A DNA stretch of 63,239 nt, filler included, from Choristocarpus tenellus KU-1152 (lineage: Eukaryota; Protista; Phaeophyceae): the NCBI GenBank assembly GCA_964200185.2. It is 9 parts of 9 records of this genome, joined end to end, with 100 filler letters (N's around TTAATTAATTAA, not from the genome) between each part and the next. Parts side by side here need not be neighbours in the genome. Positions count along the whole stretch, not along the records: positions 37,937 to 42,798 come from CAXNAD020012750.1; positions 42,899 to 48,657 come from CAXNAD020009826.1; positions 48,758 to 54,292 come from CAXNAD020010494.1; 6 more parts are not named here. One strand, 5' to 3'. The notes under the pieces were generated by a model. It was not told the DNA's origin. It made no database searches and saw nothing but the letters and a program-made list of their open reading frames with translations. The position numbers were made by a program, and so were the translations under genes. Shown in pieces: positions 37,962 to 50,356 of the stretch. How positions within the stretch are numbered: position 1 is the stretch's first letter; every line of letters starts with the position of its first letter.

Positions 37962-39302
37962 TGTATATGTTGATGTAAAGATTAGAATATCATTACTTAT
38001 GTCGAAACCCTAACGCACATATTTGGCTCTCTTGAGTTTTCAAGAACAGAATGCAATTTCAAAAATAGAAGGTCCCCTTCTGTCATCTCTTCAATTCTTA
38101 AAAACACTAAAGGCGCCAAAGAGCGGTTTTATTATTAAAATAAAGAGTACGGTACCAACTGGTAGTGAGCTTTATGTTTATGGAAATTGCAAACGTTTGA
38201 GACCCATAAAGTGTCATGCTTGGTATTTTTAAAAATGGTAAGAACGGATAGAACTGAATGAACTATTTCTAAAAATCATCATGCACGCGTGTAGGGTTAG
38301 GTCATTTCCAGTCATTTCCAAAGAACAGAAGTGCAATTTGAAATCCTTGTACCCCCTTTTGTCGTCTGTAGATTGTTTAAGAATGCCTATCCTATGTCCA
38401 ACAATTTCAGATTTTGTATCTCAAAAAATTGGAGGGTGCCATTTTTTTTTTGACCTTTTGGTTTTGGAACATTGGAAATCATTAATCATCATCAATTAAG
38501 TATTTCCTACTACCACCCTCGGCATGGATTCCCATTCAAAAAGGGGCCCCTAAAAGGTGCCGCAACATTTAGAAAAAGAAACATATCGGCACTTTTTCCG
38601 CACCATTTTCGGTCAAAACGATTCTCAATTTTTAAAATCCACTGTTAATTTCACAAATATGTCTTTTTGCTTTTTTTTAGGATCCTTAAATGCAATCCTT
38701 TCTATCTCTCAAATGGTCTGACTCATGTGCATGCAGGCAACCGTTAAACCCACAACAAACCCACCAAAAATGTTGTCATAGTTTGAAGTAGTACGGACCA
38801 GGAGCTACAAGCTGTGCTTCAAAATGAAGAACACCATTCTGATGATTACCCAGTGAGACTGCAACTCCACCCAAAAACAAACCAACAAAAAATTTGAAGA
38901 GGGAATCCCACCGCTTGCACAATAGTACCTCCTTCCTATACCACTTCTCTCATCCCCTATTACCCTGGTGGCTACCCATAGCTCACACTCAGGCTCTGGA
39001 GCAAACAAATATGGAAGGTAGGGCCAAATCGACGGAGGAGTCCCTCACAAGCAAAGAAGTTGCAACTCACAAGGAAGGTCCGCCGGTGCCCCTTACCTCC
39101 TCCATCCATCACACACCGTAACAAAATTTTCCACACTCTTCAGGGTTTCTTATGTCTGTCTTGTCAGGAGTGAACTCCTTTCCGGCATTGAAACCCATCA
39201 CACGGCCCCCTTCCCATACCCCAATCACGCACCACTCCTCAAATCCAACTCCACAAGTCAACATTCCCAACTCAGCACACGACAACTCTTCACCCTACAT
39301 AT

Positions 39303-39363
<61 letters not shown>

Positions 39364-39857
39364 ACCCCAAAAACTATTATCCAAAAAAAAAAAAAAAAAA
39401 AAACAAAAACAACACACCACAAAAACAAACAANNNNNNNNNNAAGTCAACATTCCCAACTCAGCACACGACAACTCTTCACCCTACATATACCCCCCCCA
39501 CCCCCCCCTCTCCCTTCCCACCCCCACCTATCACTGCCAAACTTCAACAGTCAAAAAGACATCATTCAATAAGACACAATTCAATTCAGGAATCATCTCG
39601 AACAACGCCACACCCACGGGAGTTCCACCTCCACAGAGGAGGCGACACGATACTAAAAAGTCAAAACACCTAACTAAACTAACAGGGCATACACCTCACC
39701 CACCCCACCAAGGCTACTCCGACCCATTCATCAATACCACCACACTAAGGAGACACCGGTTTCTAACAAGTTCTAAATCAGGTTTTCCTAACACCTGCAT
39801 CACGGCAGCATAACCTGCTCCACCCACTCCTGAATCAAGCCCCCTCCAATCGTCTAG

Positions 39858-41740
39858 TTACTTACCTTTGCCTCTACCTCTACCTCCACCCCTGCCCCCC
39901 CCACGCCCCCTACCCCTCCCTCCTCGACCCCTACCTCCTCGACCACGATTGTTAATTTTTTCTGCCCTACTCTTTTCTAGTTTGATCTGGTACATGCACG
40001 TGAGATAGGGGGGTGGGTGGGTGGGGGGGGGCAAGGCGTGTTAAGATTATGGTTCAAATTATCGTGGGAAGATACTTAGTAAGGAAACAATGAGTTAGAT
40101 AATTGTTGGACAACTGGATAGTCGATAGTAATCTTTCTGTTGAGCGACTGAGTGGACAATATCCAGGTTATTGCAGTATCATAAGAAGAAACCTTGAAAA
40201 GGAATGTTGTAGCCAGTAACACAGGTTGAGCGATGACTGAAAGGTTTATCACCTCTTCTTCTTGGATCGTGTTGTTCACTCCAACTTCAACTTTCTACCC
40301 CCTACAACGTATAACTCAGAAGGAATTGATCTACACATTGTCAACATCAAGACTTGGGATTCTTGCACACTCTTCACTTCAACAAGACCGAAAGGTTAGC
40401 ATCCCATAGTGTCAGCGATGAAGGCCTCTAAGGGCAAGAGATGTGATGGAGTAATGACTATATATGCGATTCAATCAACAAGCAGTAAGAGGTTATTGGA
40501 ATAACGACCTATCATAACACACTTATCTACCGTCGCTCTTTACGGCCGACATTTACACTTCACGCCGATCACAAAAATCGCAAGGCTAATTAATCTAACA
40601 GGGACCGGGGTAGAAAGACTCTAACCCTAACCCTAACCCTAACCCTCAAGTCAATCAGGAACTCGAAAACTACCTCCAATGAAACACGGTTCCATCTTGC
40701 AGTCATCACCCTTCTACCCCCAGGAACAACAGTAAAAAGAGTCCATGCATTGCACATCATTGGTCATGCTTCAAATCCCGCCTCAAAAACAGTTACAGGT
40801 TTTGGGAACCAACCTCCTTCACTAGCCAAACACCGTCCCCTCTGAAGGGAAACACTATATATACTATTTTTTTCTTAATGACAACCTGACATCAATGAGG
40901 GGGGGAGGGAGGGAGGGGTCTCATGTCTCACACCTCACGAAGAGAAAAGCAGGCTTAAGTTCTCATGTCTCACACCTGACATTCAAGCAACACGTGAGTT
41001 TCCACACCCGGTTCTGGTCTCACTCATTCTATTAGAGAAGGCGTTTTTCACACCCCAAACACTTTCTCCCTACGTAACATTTTGCTTCTCTGACCCAAGC
41101 AGACCTCCCTAAAACAGTCGATTAATTCTTTTTATTCTACCACATGATAAATAAAAACAATAGTCATTGACCCACCAATTACCCGCCTCAAGTAAATGAT
41201 GAAAAAAAAAAGTAGTTACCGCAACCGACTAAACGAAATACGGTCTATATACTTTTTTTTTTTCACATCTCTACTGCCAGTGGATTCGGTTTCCACTTTA
41301 CACACCTTCCCTTTAAATTAATAAATAAAAAATAAAAAAACATTTTTTTTTAATTGTTAAATTGACACCAAAAAATAAAACATCAAGATCAGCAAAAGGT
41401 GTGCCAGCAGGATAGGGAACGGATGAAAACCATACCCACGCACGTACACCATTTTTTTTTGTATCATTCAAGTCAATTGAGCTTCAATCACGTGCCTTAC
41501 TCTACCACCTCTTCTTTTTCTTTCTTTTCTTCTTTTTCCTACCCCCAAACATCTCCATCTCGTACAGATCAACATTAAGTTTTCTCACCCAGTAGGCCTT
41601 CTCCTCCTCCCCTTCCACGAGGCTGGTGACTCCCTTCGCCTCCACCTGTGCCCCGAGGGACACGCCTTCCTCTTTGGTGCCCGCTACCGCCTGCGCCGCC
41701 ATTTCTGGCTCTTCCATTCTGAAAAAAACATAATAATCAG

Positions 41741-41775
<35 letters not shown>

Positions 41776-42591
41776 TGTATATATATCTATAGGTGTACCT
41801 GGGGAGGGGGAGGGGGGTCATCCAGTCAGATAAACCTGCACAAGACACGAACACATAAAATGAAAAAAATTCGCATAGAAGTCCAATTTGGAACAAAAAA
41901 AAAGAAGAGTTATCACATTTTTTTCAAATCAAAGTTAAAAAAAAAAAACAGACAAGCAACTGGAATGAAAAGGTTTCCACACCACTGGAGCAGAGTCCCA
42001 CACCATTATTGTTCTACAAACCCGACAAATGCATACGGTTGGGAAAAAAACATAAAGTGAAGTAGATCTTTTCTCCACCCTCAGCAAATCTGAAAAAACA
42101 AAACAAAAAGCCCTGCTGCTAAACGACGAGTGCCATAAGCCACAAAACCTCAAAATCTTGAAAAAAAAAACAAACCCTCTGCTCAAGCAGTGCATAAAAA
42201 ACCCTTACGTCTACCGTGCATTTTTTTTCTCCATACAAAAAGAGCACAGAAAACAATAAAAAAATGCACGTTTTTCTTCACACAAAAACTAGTGATAAAA
42301 ATCTCCACGAAAAAAAAGAAGCATAAAACCCCCCCCCAACATATTTTCAAACTCCACAGACACAGGTGTTCCCGTTCTCCACCAGAGCAGCACACAATCG
42401 AAAATCAATTTTATTTTATTTTATTTATTTTTATCAGAACAATTACGCAGACACTTATAATACTTGTGCCACCACCTGACGATCGCCTCCCTGTCCCCGA
42501 AGGCAAATTCGATGAACTTGACCCTTCCAAAGACTGAGAAGGACTCCTTCAAGATCTCCCGAGATACGTCTTTCTCAGGGATGCCTGTCAC
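39858..42591 (-). CDS. 3' end of a La/SSB (or LARP7-like) RNA-binding protein: atypical second RRM (xRRM) plus RGG tail; 5' part missing
   Basis: Exons 42591-42476, 41718-41589, 39986-39858 splice in frame: VTGIPEKDVSREILKESFSVFGRVKFIEFAFGDREAIVRMEEPEMA..LVEGEEEKAYWIKLEKSRAEK..(RGG)n..KGK*. EGEEExxYW is typical of the La/LARP7 RRM2 C-terminal helix. Confidence 0.82.
40621..40646 (-). repeat. Interstitial telomeric repeat (TTAGGG)x4 in an intron
   Basis: CTAACCCTAACCCTAACCCTAACCCT. Confidence 0.85.
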
Positions 42592-43702
42592 CTGACCGGA
42601 GTAATAATAATAATAATAATATTAACAAAATGAATAAACATGCATACAAATACATGTAGACTTTTCACAGGGACAATCTCAAACCGTGCTAGTCATTTGG
42701 TCAACACTTGCCCCTTACACAAACTCTTGCGCAGTTACTAACATGGTCAATAATACATACACACATATATATATATATCGGAGGGGGGGGGGGGGGGGNN
42801 NNNNNNNNNNNNNNNNNNNNNNNNNNNNNNNNNNNNNNNNNNTTAATTAATTAANNNNNNNNNNNNNNNNNNNNNNNNNNNNNNNNNNNNNNNNNNNNCG
42901 TGGAGGGGGGGCGCGAGCTGGAGGGGAGCGGGGGGGGGGGGGGTGGGGCGTAGAGGTGGGGTACAGGGGAGTGTCGCCACTGTTGTCAGAAATTGAGAGC
43001 AACAGGCAACCACAGTGAGAAGAGCTGACTGGTCACTATAAAAATATCCCTTATCGATGTTCCTTAGGACGTGATAGGCAGGTACAACAGACGGTGACAC
43101 CCAGATTCTCCACCGGGACAGTCCTAGCCAAAGGGTCACATTAATCCTACAGTTCTGAAAAAAAAAAATCTGACTGCGTTAAAAGTTCTCAGCTTGCAGG
43201 AGAAATCCTTGCCGCCGACCTTCTCTTTGGGAGCATTGCTCCCTTGTTCTCTTTTCTCCCTAACCCTAGCTGCCGAACCGAGATAAGTTTGTGAAAGCAG
43301 CCCAAGTAGTCTCCAACCTTGCCGACACATTTTGAAATGCGTGGAGATGAACAATGCAATCGCCGAGGCTACATATACAGGGAAAACACAAACTTGTACT
43401 GTAGTTATACCTTTCAACTCACCCAGTGTAACTCACACTAACCCGTGTATCAATCGGACTGGTTTCTAATTAATGAGTCGTTTCATAAATGTCTCCAAGC
43501 CCCAACCCTAACCCTAACCTTTTATTGTAGCTACTTGAAGGGTTTGGACTACATATTAGACCCAGTTCATTTAAATATATGTATATATACTTTTTTTTTA
43601 AGCACACTAAAAAGCTTAATCTATTCCAAATCTATGCAAGGGCATACAAAACTGCCACCACCAATGTGCATACTTCATGAAGGCCTAGGATTACATAGAC
43701 CT

Positions 43703-43902
43703 GCAACACCATCCCAAGGTGTTGGAAACCCTTGGATTTGGAACACATGGACAATACCTCACGTGTGAAGCACATTGGTGAAGGAATATGCAGCACCTTC
43801 CCAAGGTGTTGGAAACCCTTGCATTTAGAACACATTAACAATACATTGTGCGTGAAGCACAGTGGTAGAGGAACATGCAACACCTTCTCAAGGTGCTGGA
43901 AA
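43703..43902 (+). repeat. 87-bp tandem repeat (~2.3 units) encoding degenerate Cys/His zinc-finger-like units
   Basis: GCARCACCWTCYCAAGGTGYTGGAAA recurs at 43703, 43790 and 43877; translation includes LCVKHSGRGTCNTFSRCWK. Confidence 0.75.
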
Positions 43903-44843
43903 TACATGGATTACTTCAACTCTCAAGCACAAAGTAGGAAGTATCACGCGTACAGCCAATGCAGTGTACAAAAATAATTTCATCTTGTCAACAAAAGAAA
44001 CGCAAGGTTTCTTGTTTGTGTCAAGATGACGAAACGGTCAAGAAAACTCCAATCATTGCCAACTACAAAGATTGGGGGGCTGGCAGTACGACAGTTTATA
44101 TACATATCCGCATTAAATCGATCGTTGATGGTGTAAACAAATAAAATATGTTGTCACTGTCCACGGTTTCTAGCACAGTCATACCTGTCCTTCCAAACAA
44201 AATTAACAACTATATTTCTACCTGAACCGTGTGCAGCGCCTAACCCTATTCCTATTACCATTATTAGAGTGGTGAGTGCATACATTAACTATTTCAATAT
44301 TCATGCGGCGGGGTAGTAAAAAACACTTTCGCACATAAGGGAGAGGGGGAGGGGGGGAGGGCTCATTGATAATCTGATGTGGAACAGATGATTAACTGAT
44401 CACAAGCACACAAAAAAGTAGATCGACTCGATCAGGAGCAGGGGCAAGTTCGCTGTACCATGTGTGATCGCCTGCGCTCAGAACGTGCAAACGACGAAGC
44501 ACTCATCACCCAATGAATACCTGGTGAGAGAGTACCAGAGTCGGTACACACGGCATGATCATTTCCTCTCTAGTTCAGATTGCCCACGCTAGAAATGAGA
44601 GCTGCAACACCCTTCAAATCCGATAGTCTCGGGAAAAATCAACATGCTTGTCTCCACGAAATGACCCCTACAGCGTTGCGATTTACTTGTTACAGGGTTG
44701 AGGATGGGCATGAGCATGGACTGGACACCCCACAGTGCCCACATCCAGCTCGTGCGCAATGTATTCATTTGGAGTAACGATGGTTCCTGGTAAAACATAG
44801 TGCGGGCAGAAAACAGCTGTAGCTTCTTGAGTAGCGCTCTATG

Positions 44844-44993
44844 CCTCACCTTCATCGCCCCCATCATTGCCGCGCTGAACATGGCCACCTCAGCGCCATA
44901 CTTCCAATCCAGGCACGCGAACGCGAACCCTTTCTCTGCCATCGCCATCCACCAATGTCCCATCGTATCATCCTTTATATGGGTCATCCCAGC
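44844..44993 (-). CDS. Possible isolated exon of an unknown gene
   Basis: CCCAG acceptor, GTGAGG donor, GC-rich 48-50-codon open frame (AGMTHIKDDTMGHWW..GAMK); no homology recognised and no partner exons found. Confidence 0.25.
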
Positions 44994-46025
44994 CTGGGAT
45001 CGCAGCTATGTCACGAGTAAGGAGAAGCAATTTCTAGACCTCCCTTGCCTCTTCCTTTAACCGGAACGAGATGGGAGGGGTGGGGGGGCGGGACGGCAAG
45101 TCATGCTGATAACACTACCCTAAACTAGCGCCCCGTGGTCGGGAAGACCTTTGCTACAACTAGTTTGGTTGACGGTCTGAGACAGAGAAGGACCCTGTAC
45201 TGACTTACACGTTTGGTGACTTCTAACACTTTCGAATAAAAATATCGTTGGATTCGAAGACCAATATTTTGGAAATGAAAGGGACTCATCAAAAGATCAG
45301 TGTAATGTTGAGACGTGTCTTGTTAATTAATACTACTAATAGAGTACTACAGTAGTAGAGTACATTTACTATTAAAGTAGTCCTTGTTGGAACAAACCGA
45401 ACCCTCCGAAACTGGACCGTTAATAACGGAAAGAGGAAACTTGATAGTTATTGATGGTTCTATATGTAGCAGGGCAGACTTACACTCAATTGGACCTGTT
45501 CGAATAGACTCCTTCAACTGTATTGAAGATTACTATATGTAAATGTAATGTCAAAAACCATTTATTAGTTGATAAACCTAGAACTTTTTCTTGGGTATGA
45601 ATGGATGGACAGGAATCAATTAGAGGTTAACACAACAAAAAGTAAGGGTTAGAGTCCGCTTGTCGCCTCCCTCCTTGAGATTAATCACTCCATAACATTT
45701 GGTAACGTTCCTGCTTTGATTACTCCTATCCATTTCAACAGTTAGGGGATACTTCACAATATATTTCACCCTAGGTTTCTAACCGTGCTTATCTTGTCTT
45801 CCCATGGAGACGCCAATGGTAGGAGTCAAAGTGAAGCCCTCCTTGCTGAAGATCATCTTCAACAACTTTCCTCCACTGTGGAAGGCCTATCTAAGGCAAC
45901 ATTTGAAGCAAGACCGGGGTCATTGTTTTCAGACAGATGTCGATAGAGTCAGCGGTGGGGATCATCCTGCCGTCCAAGCCGCGTGCCCAGCATAAGGCCG
46001 CCAGTTGGCTATGTACCAGCGAAGT

Positions 46026-46269
46026 GAGTCAGGGTATCTTAGAGGGTAGAGCTGTGTCCATTTGGGGTCAAAATCGAATGTTAAGATCTTGATGTAATTT
46101 TGACTATCATGTTTGTTAGGGAGTGTGAATATCCTTGTTCTGGATATATCCATGATACTTACTCCGAAACATTTTGGAATAGGAAAATGCCATTAAAAAA
46201 AACTGTGGGAAGCCAAGTCCCAAACGGACAAACAGGGCAAAACTCGTACCCTCTCAGATACTTTCACTC
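46026..46269 (+). mobile_element. MITE family A inserted in Copia gag
   Basis: GAGTCAGGGTATCTTAGAGGGTAG ... TACCCTCTCAGATACTTTCACTC; no clean TSD. Confidence 0.9.
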
Positions 46270-46336
46270 ATGTTGGACCTCTTGAATCTGTTGTGGGTGA
46301 AGGTTTCAGATATAGTGGTGACCGTCTAGACAGATT

Positions 46337-46642
46337 TGTTACAGGCGCCTCCGAAAGCTTACCTCCACAGGATATATAGCTCCAATCTACGGGCCTATAG
46401 ATGATACTGATGTAAGTATAGGACTCCTGATGCACAAGTCGTCAGGTGTGCTGGATCTCTCACTTGAATTATCATCAATATCATCATATGTATAAAAAAG
46501 GAACTGATCAACGATGTCTTATCACAATCGGAGACCATAATGACCAAATAATAAATAAATAAAGTACAAATATATCAAATCTAGAACTTCAATGTCATAA
46601 TGGTGTTTATGAAACCGCCATCAAGACATATCGCCTGTAACA
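46337..46642 (-). mobile_element. Solo LTR (306 bp) with 4-bp TSD
   Basis: TGTTACAGGCG ... CGCCTGTAACA, GATT on both flanks; homologous to 62611-62917. Confidence 0.88.
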
Positions 46643-48757
46643 GATTTAGTGCCAGGAGTGGTGTGAGCCATAGATCAGGTTCTTCAAAAAGTTCAGGGTC
46701 AGGAAGAGATTCTACTCTCCACTTCCTCCACTCAAGTACAAGAGAGGGCAGCGATCATTGGCCCAGCCAGATGTCAAGAAGTGAGGGGTATGCATTGATG
46801 GCATCAAGGACTACCACAATATCAAAAACGAAGAACAGTCATGCTCTGGTTGCTGGAAGTTCAACTCATGGGAAGTTGTCAGTCTCATCGTAACAGCCAA
46901 GGTTGTGGAGAGGAAGAGACGCATGTTTTATGGAGGAAAGAAAAAGAGTGGTTCTAATTCCAACCCCAAAGTTCAGAGAAGATTCCTTGTGACAGGTGTG
47001 GCAAGAATGGACACAAGGAGGTAACTAGCCAAAGTCTCATTTGCACTAAGTGTGGCAGACATGCTCATGATCCTGCAACATGTACCTCCGTGTTCATGAC
47101 CACAATGGTATCCGGAAAGAAAAGGAGGCTACTGGGCAGGACAATACCAAGGCTGAATCTTCCCACAATATTACTGTGGAAAGTGTGCTCAATAGTGACA
47201 ACTACAAGCGATATGCACTACTGGCCGCCACTGAGAATTCTACGGGGAGCAATGCTCAGGGCAATTGTGGGGTTGATGAGTGTCTGGTGTCAATTGTTGG
47301 GATGCTGTATGTTAAGAATATGCTTTTATTCATGTGTAAAAGATTATTCTGTAGGAGAAACAATGATGAGTTGTTGAACTATTGTTGGATAACAGGAAAA
47401 CTGATTGGACCGCACTACATATCTGTTTGTCCGTCTGTTCCTTCCCCACCTGTAACAGGTAAATTTTATGGCACCTACTACATGTGTAGCAGACCAGGAC
47501 ACAAAACTAAAAATTGTCCTGGACGTGTAGCGGCTATGGTGGCAGCCAAGCAAGTTGTAGGTGGTGGTGCAGTGACTATGCAGAGGAAGAGGCGTGGTCG
47601 AGGGAATCCGAATGACAGGAATAATGGACTGCTGAAGATGCGTGGAGGTTGTTCTACCGTGACAGAGGAGAACGTTGAATAGGGGGATGATGTAAGGTAT
47701 TTTGATACTGGGTGTTCTTCCCACATGACCAACAACTCCATTGCTTTGGTAGACCAACGACCTGTTAGTGGAAAGTCCGTGGCTGTTGGGACAGGACAGA
47801 ACTTTGTGCTACCATGGTTGGAAACATAGCACTACGTTGTATACAAAATGACAAGGTTTATTATTTTGTTCTGTGCAATGTGTTGTTGGTTCCAGAGTTG
47901 AAGCTTAATCTTTTCTCAATGGTTCAACCTGGACGTCAATCTGGTGGAGAAATTTATTGGCGGGGGAAAATTCTTTGAAGTTGACCCCATTAACAGGTGA
48001 ACCTCCTCTTATTTTTCATCAACCCCTGGAAAGAATTTTGATTTGTTCACATTGAAAGCTAGGAGGAGGGTGCCTACAACATCTACATCATCATGTAGAC
48101 CAACTCCCCCCTACCCATCTGATGAGACCGAAGTGGCATTTGCACTTGGAGGAGCAGTCGCAATCGATCTCGTCCAAGAGGGGGCTGGAGGTGTCAATTT
48201 CACGCAGAATGGGGATGGGAGTATCAACCTCGCCCAGGAGGAGGCTAGAGGCGTCGACTTCGCACGGGATGAGGCTGGAGGTATCCTAGTCCACGCTGAG
48301 GCAAGAGATGTCGATCTCGCCCAAGAGGGGAGTGGTGGAGATGTCAATCGAGAAGGATTGATGTTTGAGGCTACTACATCGGTGGAGGATGCTGGAGCGA
48401 TGAGTACACTTCCCCCTGAGGAGGTTGAAGTGAACGTCATTGTCCCAGTAGAAGGGATCGTTGGGGGGGAGGGTCCTACCCCAAAGATGGCACCGCCGAT
48501 AATTGATCCAGGGAGGTCAACAAGTACGACTCCATTATCAGAGGTGGGCGTTGAGGAACTGGGCGGAAGTAAATGCATATACCATCGTCCCAGGGGGGGC
48601 TGTTGAGGGGGAGTTCCTGAGCTCGCCTCAAGTATGGGAACTGGTAATGTAAAACTGNNNNNNNNNNNNNNNNNNNNNNNNNNNNNNNNNNNNNNNNNNN
48701 NTTAATTAATTAANNNNNNNNNNNNNNNNNNNNNNNNNNNNNNNNNNNNNNNNNNNN

Positions 48758-48801
48758 GGTGAAAAACGGACGCCGACACCCCCCCCTAGATACTTTGACC
48801 C
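48758..48801. mobile_element. MITE family B-type terminal repeat at contig start
   Basis: GGACGCCGACACCCCCCCCTAGATACTTTGACCC. Confidence 0.6.
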
Positions 48802-49881
48802 TCAGCCCTTGGTGCTATGTGTTGGGAGTGACTGTGCATGATTTGATCCTCGTTCAACTGTTCGGTCGTACAATGCTGACCTCTTTTAGATAAAAGTAAA
48901 AAAAAATCCCGTTAATTGTAGCTAACTGAGATACAATGCAATCGATGTGCCACCTTTCCAACTAAAAAAAATTGACTTGACCCTCTCTGCTCCATTCTGT
49001 CTGTCTATTTTGAAGAGATCACGAGAAGTAGAACTGAAATAACCAAGTCCGACATTATTCTCTTTTCCTCACTTTCTTTACTTTTGGTACGATTCAAGTT
49101 CACCTTAGTGCACCCTCGTGCTGACAAAAGGTAGTAGTACTGGTTTCGAAGGATATGCCCATAATCCCAATGAAACCTCAATGAATCTGGTAGAACTCTA
49201 CTGCCTTAGGGGAGACGGACAGGGACAAGGTAATCGCTGCAAGTGGGTGTGAAATTGTTTCCAACACAACGCTGCACTAAATTGGGGATAGACCTCATCC
49301 CCAGTGAGACCTGCTGTTAGTCGAATATGGTATCAGACTTAACATTGCTTCTTGAGTAGCCCTCACTTCACACTCTCGATTTACTCGGATCTTCGCTATC
49401 GTACAAGTATGCAACTCAGATGGCTCTTGAGCTGGACATAATTGACATCATACTGTAAATAGTAGGAGAGGCGGGAGTAGAGTAGGGTGTACAATATTTC
49501 ATTCCTACCCAAAGGCTTTTCATTCATTTTGAGATGTTCATCACTGCAAAAACTGAGGCAAGTCTTCAGCTGCTGCCTTACATACCTTATTCTCCATGCA
49601 CATATACACGCTCAATTCTGCGCGCGTATTACGGTAAATAAGCTCAGACCTCAAAGCTATTGACCCTCACAACATGCTACTGTCATAGGGATTTACAATA
49701 GAAGTACATTCTTGCTCTTCCTACCACCAATAATTGAAATTCTCTTAGAAGTAACGAGTAATAATATATTCAATATACGCTTACACTAATAATACTATGA
49801 GGCATATTATACCTCTGTAATAGTATAGTGAGAGTAATAGGGTCAACAGAAACAACCATGGTTGATGAATTCAGGTAGAAT

Positions 49882-50356
49882 TGTTGCAGACGAACAGCGC
49901 GAGTATTTCTTCCCGCACTTTAACCGGCGCGAGCAGTGTACACGCGTGGGGATCCCCAAAAGGGGGAACTCCGATTTGCTAAAAAAGTTGCAGAATAAAA
50001 TCTGTAACTTGGGAAGGTCGCAACGGTTCTCAGATGTATTCCAACGTCTGTAAACCAAAGAAACCAAAACGGTAAATGATGATAAGAGATCCTAAAAACG
50101 ACTCCAAATGGCTCAGTTCCCAAAGGGCTCAGACACCCACAAGGATCACTCTTAACTGATAACGATCCTCATTCACATGCTTATCGATTCATTAAGAGTA
50201 CCCCTGTTCTGCTGAGCTGACGTTCGTTAACCTGCGGATTGAACCCCTTTGTCGGAATATCCTGGAAGCCTTGAACGAGCATCAGCAACATGTACAGGCC
50301 TGTGGATTGGAGCTACACATCCTGTTGAGGTGAGCTTTTGGAGCGTGCCTGTAACA
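49882..50356 (+). mobile_element. LTR (49882-50290) followed directly by the 3' end of a second, related LTR (50291-50356)
   Basis: TGTTGC..GCAACA; body homologous to the reverse complement of 58283-58723; 50291-50356 matches the terminus of the 46337-type LTR and ends GCCTGTAACA. Confidence 0.75.

Larger units (their letters stand above)
45385..48657 (+). mobile_element. Degenerate Ty1/Copia retrotransposon (putative 5' LTR 45385-45740, gag, protease), interrupted by nested insertions
   Basis: TGTTGGAA..TTTCAACA LTR-like segment; gag start NNFPPLWKAYL; zinc knuckles CDRCGKNGH, CTKCGRHAHDPATC, YMCSRPGHKTKNC; protease YFDTGCSSHMT and VLLVPELKLNLFS. Confidence 0.8.

Noticed and set aside
39255-39500. 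Poly-Pro/poly-Lys ORF and duplicated ~55-bp segment
   Set aside because: A long poly-C run and an identical sequence either side of a 10-N gap indicate a sequencing or scaffolding artefact.
41743-41772. (GT)n microsatellite and the CVCVCV ORF
   Set aside because: Ordinary intronic microsatellite; the ORF is spurious.
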